NCBI GenBank assembly: GCA_016218025.1
Contig: JACRFD010000044.1
Span: 4,073 to 68,072 of the forward strand
Reading direction: 5' to 3'
Source: Ignavibacteriales bacterium
GTDB lineage: Bacteria > Bacteroidota > Ignavibacteria > UBA10030 > SZUA-254
DNA length: 64,000 nucleotides
Every line of letters begins with the position of its first letter. Positions within the stretch are counted from its first letter, which is position 1. The notes under the pieces were generated by a model. It was not told the origin of the DNA. It searched no databases and saw only the letters and a program-made list of their open reading frames with translations. The position numbers and the translations under genes were made by a program. Below, one piece after another: positions 21,763 to 30,841 of the stretch.

Positions 21763-24183
21763 ATGAAAACCCGCATTTTTAATCTTGCTATATTTTACCT
21801 CGTTTTTCTTACATCCATTTTTTCGCAAGACGAAAAAATCCCTTTAGAAAAGAAGGATTTGTTCTTTCGTGAAAAGAGTCGCTACCAAACTCTCTTTCTT
21901 CAAGAACCAACTAAATCTATGTCAACCTCTGCAATTGATGTAACCTATTACGGACTTGATTTAACAATCACAACTGCCCCTCAATATCTCCGGGGTAAAG
22001 TGAAGATGAATGCAATTTGCAGACAAAATAATTTAGCCGTTCTATCACTCGATTTAATGAATGCTCTCACTGTAGATTCTGTTTTTGTTGGAGGGGTCAA
22101 GAGTTCCAAAATTCAATACACTTCTTTCTTTGATATCACTTTAGATCACTTATATTCTGACGGTGAGATGATTGAAGTTGAAATTTATTATCAGGGTGTT
22201 CCCGGAAGCAGCGGATTCGGAAGTTTTGAATTTTCTTCTCACTCATCCGTTCCGTGGGTTTGGACTTTAAGCGAACCATACGGCGCCAAAGATTGGTGGC
22301 CCTGCAACGATCATCCAAGCGATAAAGCCGACTCTGCTGATATAACAGTAACAACAAATTCATCGTATAAAGTCGGGGCAAATGGTAAACTTCTTTCAGT
22401 AATTGATAATGGCGATGGTACTTCAACACATCATTGGAAAACAAATTATCCTATTTCAACATATCTTATCTCCATCGCTTTAACTAATTATTCACAATTT
22501 TCAAATTGGTTTAAATATACACCGACCGATTCAATGGAGGTATTGAATTATGTTTTACCGGAAAATCTGTCGTCAGCAATGAGCGGTTTACCGGTTGCTG
22601 TTACCGGATTACAAATATTCTCCGATATGTTTGGACTCTACCCATTTATAAATGAAAAGATGGGACATGCACAATTCGGATGGGGTGGTGGTATGGAGCA
22701 TCAGACGATGACTTATTTAGGCGGCTTTAGTGAGGGATTGGTAATACATGAATTAGCCCATCAATGGTTCGGTGATATGATAACTTGCAGAACGTGGCCC
22801 GACTTATGGCTTAACGAAGGATTTGCTACCTACTGCGAAGCGCTTTACAACGAAAAGAAATATGGATTCGCGTCGTATCAAAGTTCCATGAACAGTGAAA
22901 TGACGAGTGCAAAATCAACTACCGCCAGACTCTACCTTTCTGATACATCCAGTGTTGGAAGTATGTTCGGATATAGCTTGGTATATGCGAAAGGAGCAAC
23001 GGTATTGCATATGCTGCGGCATGTTGTTGGTGACAGCGCTTTCTTCCGCGCGATGTACAGTTATGCGAATGATCCGCGGTTTAAATATGGTACTGCTTCC
23101 ACACCAGATTTGAAATCTGTTTTTGAAACAGAATCTGGAATGGATTTGAATTTCTTTTTCGATGAATGGGTTTATGGGACAAGATATCCTCGTTATAGTT
23201 ACGGCTGGACTTCACAACCAACGGCTGGAGGGTATAATGTAACATTCGGATTAACTCAAACAACTGGTACAACTAACCCTGCATTTTTTACGATGCCGAT
23301 AGATCTTAAAATTTACGGTGCCGGATGGGATACAACGGTAGTCATTTTCAACAATCTTCAAACACAAACATTCGAAATTGATATTTCGCATCAGTCTACA
23401 TCTTTACAGTTTGATCCGATGAATTGGATTTTGAAAACAAAAGATTCCTTAAAGACCTTCACTGTCTCGAGTATCTCGCGAAATTTTCAGAATGTCATGG
23501 TTAATTTTTCAAAACTTGATAGTGTCACAGTCTTTAATACAGGCTTGACAACTCTTGACATAAGTTCTATTCTCTCGGATAATTTGGATTATACAATACA
23601 ACCTACGAGTGCATCAATTCTACCCGGTGGTAATCAAAAATTTTATATCAATTTTATACCGTCAAATTCGGGAATCCGGACAGGGAAAATATATTTTTAT
23701 CATAACGCTCCCACTTCACCCGATCAAGTTACGGTTACCGGGACAGGTTTTCAGGCAACATCAAAAGTTACAAAGGGCTGGAATATGGTCTCAATACCTT
23801 TCAATGCCTCCGACCAAAGATGCGAAATATTATTCCCCGGTACAAGCGGACCGGCATTCATGTACGATGGAGTTTCCGGTTATGTTGTAAAAGATACATT
23901 AATCCCCGGTGCCGGCTATTGGTTGAAGTATGGTGACAGCGACACAATCTATCATCAAGGATTTCCACCTCCAATCGACACGATTGATATTCATGATGGA
24001 TGGAATATGGTGGGATCGTCATTAGATACAATCACTGTCTCAAATATTATTTCAATACCGGAAGGTATAATTATATCGCCGTACTTTGGATTCGATTCAA
24101 CATATTTTATTGCCGAGAAGTTGATGGTAGGGAAGTCGTACTGGGTAAAATCAAACGGGTCAGGGAAAATAATCTTGAAGTAG
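21763..24183 (+). CDS. Exported M1 family aminopeptidase with C-terminal Ig-like and duplicated GWN..YW domains
   Basis: GGMEH, HELAHQWFG..WLNEGFATY (HExxH-x18-E); signal peptide. Confidence 0.9.
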   Translation: MKTRIFNLAIFYLVFLTSIFSQDEKIPLEKKDLFFREKSRYQTLFLQEPTKSMSTSAIDVTYYGLDLTITTAPQYLRGKVKMNAICRQNNLAVLSLDLMNALTVDSVFVGGVKSSKIQYTSFFDITLDHLYSDGEMIEVEIYYQGVPGSSGFGSFEFSSHSSVPWVWTLSEPYGAKDWWPCNDHPSDKADSADITVTTNSSYKVGANGKLLSVIDNGDGTSTHHWKTNYPISTYLISIALTNYSQFSNWFKYTPTDSMEVLNYVLPENLSSAMSGLPVAVTGLQIFSDMFGLYPFINEKMGHAQFGWGGGMEHQTMTYLGGFSEGLVIHELAHQWFGDMITCRTWPDLWLNEGFATYCEALYNEKKYGFASYQSSMNSEMTSAKSTTARLYLSDTSSVGSMFGYSLVYAKGATVLHMLRHVVGDSAFFRAMYSYANDPRFKYGTASTPDLKSVFETESGMDLNFFFDEWVYGTRYPRYSYGWTSQPTAGGYNVTFGLTQTTGTTNPAFFTMPIDLKIYGAGWDTTVVIFNNLQTQTFEIDISHQSTSLQFDPMNWILKTKDSLKTFTVSSISRNFQNVMVNFSKLDSVTVFNTGLTTLDISSILSDNLDYTIQPTSASILPGGNQKFYINFIPSNSGIRTGKIYFYHNAPTSPDQVTVTGTGFQATSKVTKGWNMVSIPFNASDQRCEILFPGTSGPAFMYDGVSGYVVKDTLIPGAGYWLKYGDSDTIYHQGFPPPIDTIDIHDGWNMVGSSLDTITVSNIISIPEGIIISPYFGFDSTYFIAEKLMVGKSYWVKSNGSGKIILK

Positions 24184-24282
24184 AATTTTTATGATTATAA
24201 TTTAAGGTTATGAAAGATCAATTTTAAATATCCTAACAAATAATGCCGATAACCTAACGCTAAAAGCGTTTTAATTTGATTC

Positions 24283-24311
24283 TTGCTTCAAACCTAATTT
24301 TTCCGTAAATT
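24283..24311 (+). promoter_or_regulatory. Sigma70-type promoter for the ffh operon
   Basis: TTGCTT-17 nt-TAAATT about 100 nt upstream of the ffh start. Confidence 0.5.
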
Positions 24312-24330
24312 TATACCGTTTTTAAATATG

Positions 24331-24375
24331 AACGCCGCTCCAGAACCCCCGAATTTGGGCTGGAAGGCGTTTTTT
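24331..24375 (+). promoter_or_regulatory. GC-rich hairpin with U-tract in the ffh 5' leader
   Basis: aacgcc-g-ctccag..ccc / ggg-ctggaa-ggcgtt followed by a T run. Confidence 0.55.
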
Positions 24376-24413
24376 ATCTCATTCTTGAAGGTATTTGCCA
24401 TTAGGTTATCCCT

Positions 24414-25739
24414 GTGTTTGAAGAATTATCACAAAAATTAGAAACTGTTTTTAAGAAAATTCGCGGACAGGGAAGAATTACCGAAGCAAATGTGGGTGAG
24501 TCGCTTCGCGAAGTACGCAGGATTTTGTTGGATGCCGACGTTAATTATAAAGTCGTCAAACAATTTATTGATGACGTACAAAAGCGGTCTGTAGGTCAGG
24601 AAGTTCTCACGAGCATTACTCCGGGTCAGCTTATCGTAAAAATAATTTTCGATGAGCTTGTCAAGCTGATGGGAACAACACAAGCTGAGATCAAATATTC
24701 CTCGCTGCCGCCAACGGTTATTATGGTTGCGGGACTTCAAGGATCCGGCAAGACAACATTTTGTGCAAAGCTTGCAAATCATTTGAAGGGTAAAGGTCGC
24801 TACCCAATGCTTGTTGCTGCGGACGTTTACAGGCCGGCAGCAATAGATCAGCTTGAGATGCTGGCAAAGCAAATTCAGATTCCTGTAGTAGCTGAACGCG
24901 GTCGGGGTGCCGTAGATATTGCCGTTGATTCTATTGATAGGGCAAGGAAAGCCGCCCGTGATGTGGTGATAATAGATACCGCAGGTAGAATGCATATCGA
25001 TGAAGAGATGATGCAGGAAGTTGCCACGATCAAAACAAAAGTGTCTCCGCACGAGATATTGTTTGTTGTTGATTCGATGACAGGACAGGATGCTGTGAAC
25101 ACCGCGAAAGCATTTCACGACCGTTTGAATTTCGACGGTGTGGTACTGACAAAACTTGATGGTGATACCCGCGGTGGTGCGGCAATTTCGATTCGCGCAG
25201 TCGTGTCAAAACCGATTAAGTTTGTTGGCGTTGGCGAGAAGCTGGATGCGCTTGAAGTCTTTCACCCTGATCGGATGGCGACACGAATTCTCGGTATGGG
25301 TGATATTGTTACGCTCGTTGAAAAGGCACAAGAAAGATTTGACGAGCATAAAGCAAAGAAATTAGAAGAAAAATTAAGAAAGTCTCAATTCACCTTTGAA
25401 GATTTTCTGGATCAGCTTCATGAAATTAAAAAGATGGGATCGATCCAGCAATTGATGAATATGATCCCGGGAATGAATAAGTTACCGGCGAACGCAAGTG
25501 TTGATGAAAAAGGACTTGTTCGTGTTGAAGCAATTATTCAATCTATGACCAAGGTTGAAAGGCAAAAACCTCAGATCATAAATGGTGAAAGAAGGAAGCG
25601 AATTGCTGCCGGAAGCGGAACTTCAATTCAGGAAGTAAATAAAGTTTTAAAACAATTCAGCGATATGCAGCGTATGATGAAAACATTTTCGAAGGGTAAA
25701 TTACCGAGAATGTTTCGTGGAATGCAGATACCGCAATAG
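24414..25739 (+). CDS. ffh: Signal recognition particle protein
   Basis: GLQGSGKTT, DTAGR, TKLDGDTRGG, Met-rich M domain. Confidence 0.98.
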   Translation: MFEELSQKLETVFKKIRGQGRITEANVGESLREVRRILLDADVNYKVVKQFIDDVQKRSVGQEVLTSITPGQLIVKIIFDELVKLMGTTQAEIKYSSLPPTVIMVAGLQGSGKTTFCAKLANHLKGKGRYPMLVAADVYRPAAIDQLEMLAKQIQIPVVAERGRGAVDIAVDSIDRARKAARDVVIIDTAGRMHIDEEMMQEVATIKTKVSPHEILFVVDSMTGQDAVNTAKAFHDRLNFDGVVLTKLDGDTRGGAAISIRAVVSKPIKFVGVGEKLDALEVFHPDRMATRILGMGDIVTLVEKAQERFDEHKAKKLEEKLRKSQFTFEDFLDQLHEIKKMGSIQQLMNMIPGMNKLPANASVDEKGLVRVEAIIQSMTKVERQKPQIINGERRKRIAAGSGTSIQEVNKVLKQFSDMQRMMKTFSKGKLPRMFRGMQIPQ

Positions 25740-25781
25740 ATTTTAAATTACGATATAATAAACAAAAAATAGGAGTACACA

Positions 25782-26222
25782 TTGGTTAAGTTACGATTAC
25801 GGCGCATTGGAAAAAAGAAAAAGCCGATTTATAAAATCGTAGCGGCAGATTCTCGGAACGCAAGAACCGGGAAGTTCATTGAAGCAGTGGGGCAATATAA
25901 TCCTCTGCTCAATCCGATCGGCATCGAAGTAAATGAAACGCGGCTCTTCAATTGGCTGAAGCGCGGCGCCGAGCCGACCGATACTGTCCGGAGTTTATTG
26001 AAACGAAAAGGCCTTTGGTTGAAATGGCGTCTTGTGAAAAAAGGCGTTGATGAACCAACTATGGTTGCCGAGCTTGAAAAATGGCAAATGCAGCAGGCCG
26101 AAAAATTAACGCGTGAAGCGGCAAAGAAAGCCCGCCGGAAAGAAGCTATTCGAAAGAAAAGAAAAGCTGTTGAAACTCCGGCTGCTGCACCTGCACCCGT
26201 TGTTGAAACTCCAGCAACCTGA
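25782..26222 (+). CDS. rpsP: 30S ribosomal protein S16 with C-terminal extension
   Basis: VKLRLRRIG..YKIVAADSR..GAEPTDTV; TTG start after AGGAG. Confidence 0.96.
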   Translation: MVKLRLRRIGKKKKPIYKIVAADSRNARTGKFIEAVGQYNPLLNPIGIEVNETRLFNWLKRGAEPTDTVRSLLKRKGLWLKWRLVKKGVDEPTMVAELEKWQMQQAEKLTREAAKKARRKEAIRKKRKAVETPAAAPAPVVETPAT

Positions 26223-26373
26223 TATTTATAAAAGAGTTTTGTAACTTCTAATTCATAAACTCAAAACTGAAACCATCCCGCAGTAGTCGGTGTGAGGGAT
26301 CTCGTGGATACGATGGTGGTTAGTGTGGTAAGATCGTTGAGATTCGATGGTGTGACGCAAGAATGGAGGTCAC

Positions 26374-26604
26374 ATGAAAGAATTCGTCGAATACATTGCA
26401 AGACAACTTGTCGATCAACCCGATGGAGTGGTGATTGAAGAAGAGATGAAGAATGATAAACTCATCCTCAAACTCAAAGTCCAACAGTCGGATGTCGGAA
26501 AGGTCATCGGTAAAAGAGGAAGAACAGCTTTTGCTCTACGGACACTTGCAGCGGCAGTCGGAAAAAAATACGGTAAAAAAGTCGCAGTCGAAGTGGTTGA
26601 TTAG
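26374..26604 (+). CDS. khpA: KH-domain RNA-binding protein
   Basis: DVGKVIGKRGRT (GxxG); position between rpsP and rimM. Confidence 0.92.
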   Translation: MKEFVEYIARQLVDQPDGVVIEEEMKNDKLILKLKVQQSDVGKVIGKRGRTAFALRTLAAAVGKKYGKKVAVEVVD

Positions 26605-26636
26605 TCGCTCAAAACAATTCTCTTTAGGAGAATATT

Positions 26637-27188
26637 TTGAGTAAAAATCAAACTCTTTCGGAGATTAGTAAAACTGGTTCAAATTTTATTGCTGTAGCTA
26701 AGATTACCGGTTGCTTCGGTGTCAAAGGGAAATTGAAAATTCAGTTTTTTGCAAGCGATTCAAATATTTTTGATACTTTAAAAAATGTTAGAATCGGATT
26801 CACGGAAGACGATTCTCAACCCTTGGAGATTGAAGAATCAGAAATTCATCTTAAATCTCCTGTGATCAAGATTTCAGGTGTAGATGATAAAAATAATGCC
26901 GAACGATTTGTAAATCATTTTATTTTTGTCGAAGAGAATAAGATATTACCGTTGCCTGACGGCAGATATTTTATTCACGATATAATCGGATGCAAAATTC
27001 GTTCTACTGATAATAAAATAATTGGCGTTATAAAAAATGTTTTAAAAACACCTGCACACGATTTGTGGGTTGTGGAAAAAAACATGAAAGAATTTTATAT
27101 ACCGGTTGTAAAAGAGTTTGTGAAAGAAGTTGATATAAAAAATAAAAAGATTATTGTCGAACTTATTGAAGGTCTGATTGAAGAATAA
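26637..27188 (+). CDS. rimM: 16S rRNA processing protein
   Basis: KITGCFGVKG, YFIHDIIG, PRC barrel; operon context. Confidence 0.93.
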   Translation: MSKNQTLSEISKTGSNFIAVAKITGCFGVKGKLKIQFFASDSNIFDTLKNVRIGFTEDDSQPLEIEESEIHLKSPVIKISGVDDKNNAERFVNHFIFVEENKILPLPDGRYFIHDIIGCKIRSTDNKIIGVIKNVLKTPAHDLWVVEKNMKEFYIPVVKEFVKEVDIKNKKIIVELIEGLIEE

Positions 27189-27861
27189 ATCGACTATACA
27201 TTTCGACATAATCACCGGATTCCCGAAATTATTAAGGGGTCCCCTGACTGAAAGTATTATCAGGCAGGCAAAAAAGAAAAAATTAGTTTCGATTCGTGTG
27301 CATGATTTAAGAAAATACACACACGATAAGCATAAGACAATAGACGATACACCGTATGGCGGCGGTGCTGGAATGATATTAAAGCCCGAACCGATTTTTG
27401 AATGTATCGATTATCTGAAATCGAAACGAAAATATGATGAGATAATTTATTTGTCGGCAGACGGTGAAAAATTCACTCAATCTTTAGCGAATGAATTATC
27501 GATCAAGAAAAATATTATGTTGCTCTGCGGGCATTATAAAGGAATCGATCACCGTGTCCGCGAGAGATTGATAACTCGAGAGATCTCAATCGGTGATTAT
27601 GTTTTAACCGGCGGTGAACTACCCGCGTTAGTTCTAACAGATGCGGTTATAAGATTAATCCCGGGTGTTTTAGGTGATGGGGAATCGATGTTGACGGATT
27701 CTTTTCAGGACGGACTTCTCGATTGTCCTCACTACACCAAACCGGCGATGTATCACGACATGAAAGTGCCGGACGTATTATTATCGGGTGATCATAAATT
27801 GATCGCAAGCTGGCGCAAAAGTAAACGCATCAGTAAAACTGAAGAGAGAAAAAAAAGTTAA
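27178..27861 (+). CDS. trmD: tRNA (guanine37-N1)-methyltransferase
   Basis: DDTPYGGGAGM, CGHYKGID, SIGDYVLTGGE. Confidence 0.97.
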   Translation: MKNKSTIHFDIITGFPKLLRGPLTESIIRQAKKKKLVSIRVHDLRKYTHDKHKTIDDTPYGGGAGMILKPEPIFECIDYLKSKRKYDEIIYLSADGEKFTQSLANELSIKKNIMLLCGHYKGIDHRVRERLITREISIGDYVLTGGELPALVLTDAVIRLIPGVLGDGESMLTDSFQDGLLDCPHYTKPAMYHDMKVPDVLLSGDHKLIASWRKSKRISKTEERKKS

Positions 27862-27888
27862 TTTAATATATATTAAAGGTAAACTAAA

Positions 27889-28233
27889 ATGGACAAACTT
27901 AAATTAGTCGAAGCAACTCAAATGAAATCGGATTTACCCGCATTTAAAGCCGGAGATACGATAAATGTTCATGTTCGGGTTATTGAAGGCGATAAAGAAC
28001 GAATTCAGCAGTTTCAGGGTGTCGTGATCGGACGTCACGGCGACGGTCTGCGCGCAACATTCACGGTTAGAAAAATTTCAAACGGTGTCGGTGTTGAGAG
28101 AATATTCCCGCTTCATTCTCCCCGGATCGCTAAAATAGATTTGATGAAAGAAGGCAGAGTCCGTAGAGCCAAAATGTATTATCTTAGAGCTCTGGCAGCA
28201 AAACAAATCCGTCAAAAAACATCGGCTGATTGA
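27889..28233 (+). CDS. rplS: 50S ribosomal protein L19
   Basis: [31 protein letters not shown]. Confidence 0.98.
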   Translation: MDKLKLVEATQMKSDLPAFKAGDTINVHVRVIEGDKERIQQFQGVVIGRHGDGLRATFTVRKISNGVGVERIFPLHSPRIAKIDLMKEGRVRRAKMYYLRALAAKQIRQKTSAD

Positions 28234-28236
28234 TTT

Positions 28237-28971
28237 GTGGCTAAACGTCTCGGCATCACTGCGCAGACGTATGCTCAACCGTTGTTTGCAGGATTGAGAG
28301 GGAATAATAACTTTTCTCTTGTTACAGATTCGGCTGCACAGCTTGCAATTAAGCTCCGCGAGAAAAATCTCGACGGAGCTTTTTTATCTTCTATCGATTA
28401 CGCGAAAGACTACGCAATGTACCGGATCATTCCAAAAGTTGCTGCCGTTTCTGCAGGCGAAAGCGGGTCCGCATTACTGTTGTTCAATGAGAACATAAGA
28501 AAAATCGAATCATTAGCTGTCGATCCCTCTTCCGCATCTGAAATTGTTCTCGCAAGTTTGATACTCCAAGAAAAATATGACGCCAGACCTAAGTTAATTC
28601 CAACCATTGCCGATGCTGATACAGCTCTTCGATCATCCGACGCCTATTTGGCTGTGGGTGATACGGCACTCAAATATAAAGATAGAACAAATAAAATCGA
28701 TCTTGTAGATGAATGGACAGATTTAACGGGTTTACCTTTCGTTCATGGAATTTGGGTCAGTAGGGAAGATGTTTTTACCGGTGAGTAAATGAAAATGATA
28801 ATCGACTCGGTGAGACTAAATGATCAGGATAAAAATTCTAGTTTTAATTTTCAATTTGAACTTACCGATCAAATTTCTGAATCACTAACCGAATTTTTCC
28901 GTCTGGCATATTACCACGGGATATTGAGAGATATAACGGACGTGAAGTTTTTCCATCTTACTAATGAGTAA
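28237..28971 (+). pseudogene. mqnA: MqnA-like chorismate dehydratase (futalosine pathway) interrupted by an in-frame TAA at 28786-28788
   Basis: VGDTAL and DLVDEWTDLTGLPFVHGIW motifs; the same frame continues directly (GAG TAA ATG) into a 60-aa tail ending FFRLAYYHGIL. Confidence 0.72.
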
Positions 28972-29071
28972 GAGATGCCACTTTTAGATTGAGAATCTAC
29001 AGAAAATCAACCTCATTAAGTTGAATTTTCAAGAATTTTAATTAAATTACATCTCGTCAAACAAGCATTCT

Positions 29072-30814
29072 ATGTTAAAAACCCTCAATATAAAAAATTA
29101 CGCACTCATCGATGAACTCAATGTTGAATTCGAGCGCGGACTTAATATCATTACCGGTGAAACAGGTGCAGGAAAATCTATCATAATAGATGCGCTGAGC
29201 CTTTTATTAGGCGAGCGTGCAGGTGTTGAATCTGTCCGCAAAGGCGCTGAGAAAGCTATCGTTGAAGGTTTGCTGGATGTAACTTCAAATCGAAAACTTG
29301 AATTATTACTCCGGCAAAACGAAATCGAATTTTCCGATGAATTGATTCTGCGCCGCGAAGTGTCGGTCAAAGGACAAAACCGCGCTTTCATTAACGACTC
29401 GCCCGTAACAATACAATTGCTGAAACAGGTTGGAAATTTGTTGGTCGATTTGCACGGACAGCACGAACATCAATCTCTTCTTCGAACAGAAACACATATA
29501 GATTTGCTTGATGATTACGGCAGGTTAGAAAATTTGGTAGATGAATATTCTCAAGCCTATTCTGGCGCTCATAAAATATTGAATGATCTGAAGGAATTGA
29601 AATCTAAAGAACAGCAATTGATGGAAAAGCGGACGTTATATGAATTTCAGATCAACGAAATCGACGCTTTAAATCCGCGGCAGAATGAAGAGGATGAACT
29701 TGAGAATGAATTGAGGATCCTGGAAAACTCGGAGCGACTTTTCAGCGCCACAGAACGCTTATATCAATCATTGTACGAGGGAGAGAACGCTGTTCACGAT
29801 CAGATTGTTCTTGCCCGCAACGAATTGGAAAACCTCGCAACAATCGATTCATCATTTAACGATCTTAAGAACGAAGCAAGTTCCGCTTCAGCAATTATTG
29901 ATGAGCTGGCTAAATTTATCCAGCGATATAATTCCAAAATTGAATTTAAGCCGGAACGATTGGAAGAAATCCGTAACCGGCTTGGCAACCTTACATTACT
30001 GAAAAAGAAATACGGCGGATCGCTGAACACTGTTATCGAGTACCGGCAAAAAATCGGCAGGGAATTTGAACTTGCGAATAATTTTCAGGCTGAGATATTG
30101 GCTTACCAAAATAAATTTGAATCGGAAAGAAAAATAGTATCGGAAATTGCGCAACGGCTTTCCATGAAGCGTCATGAAGTTGCAAAGAAAGCCAATAAAG
30201 CGATTGCGCTTGCTCTGGTTGAGCTTGGGATTTTGAATGCACAATTTGAAACACAGATTACTACATCTCCGGCGAAAGATAAAAACGAAGCCATGATCAA
30301 GCTTGGTAGAGATTATTTTGAATCTACTTCAAAAGGGATGGACCTGATTGAATTTTATATCTCCACAAATATTGGAGAAGATCCGAAACCGTTGGTCAAG
30401 GTTGCATCCGGCGGTGAAATATCTCGCATAATGCTTGCGCTAAAAATGATCCTTGCAAAATCTGATCGATTGCCGTTGCTGATTTTTGATGAAATTGATG
30501 TCGGTGTTAGCGGACGAATTGCTCAGGCAGTCGGCAAAAGTTTAAAAAAGCTTTCACAGTTTCATCAGGTCATTGCCATCACGCATCTGCCGCAGATTGC
30601 GGGATTATCCGATACACATTTTGTAGTTGAGAAAATTGAAGACGGTCGTCGTGCTGCGACACATATTCGTAAACTCGGAATCGAAGAACGCGTTGAAGAA
30701 GTTGCTAAGCTAATGAGCGGGACAGAAATTACTGAGAGCGGACTTGAAAGCGCGCGCGAACTTATGGGTATTAATAATAATTCAAAAGTAAAAAAAATAT
30801 CAATTAAAAAGTAA
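29072..30814 (+). CDS. recN: DNA repair protein RecN
   Basis: TGETGAGKS, HGQHEHQ, ASGGEISR, FDEID, ITHLPQIA. Confidence 0.97.
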   Translation: MLKTLNIKNYALIDELNVEFERGLNIITGETGAGKSIIIDALSLLLGERAGVESVRKGAEKAIVEGLLDVTSNRKLELLLRQNEIEFSDELILRREVSVKGQNRAFINDSPVTIQLLKQVGNLLVDLHGQHEHQSLLRTETHIDLLDDYGRLENLVDEYSQAYSGAHKILNDLKELKSKEQQLMEKRTLYEFQINEIDALNPRQNEEDELENELRILENSERLFSATERLYQSLYEGENAVHDQIVLARNELENLATIDSSFNDLKNEASSASAIIDELAKFIQRYNSKIEFKPERLEEIRNRLGNLTLLKKKYGGSLNTVIEYRQKIGREFELANNFQAEILAYQNKFESERKIVSEIAQRLSMKRHEVAKKANKAIALALVELGILNAQFETQITTSPAKDKNEAMIKLGRDYFESTSKGMDLIEFYISTNIGEDPKPLVKVASGGEISRIMLALKMILAKSDRLPLLIFDEIDVGVSGRIAQAVGKSLKKLSQFHQVIAITHLPQIAGLSDTHFVVEKIEDGRRAATHIRKLGIEERVEEVAKLMSGTEITESGLESARELMGINNNSKVKKISIKK

Positions 30815-30841
30815 AAATTAAAAAGTAAAAAGGTATTTATC

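Noticed and set aside
26168-26213. Direct repeat gttgaaactcc in rpsP
   Set aside because: Simply encodes the VETP repeats of the low-complexity S16 tail
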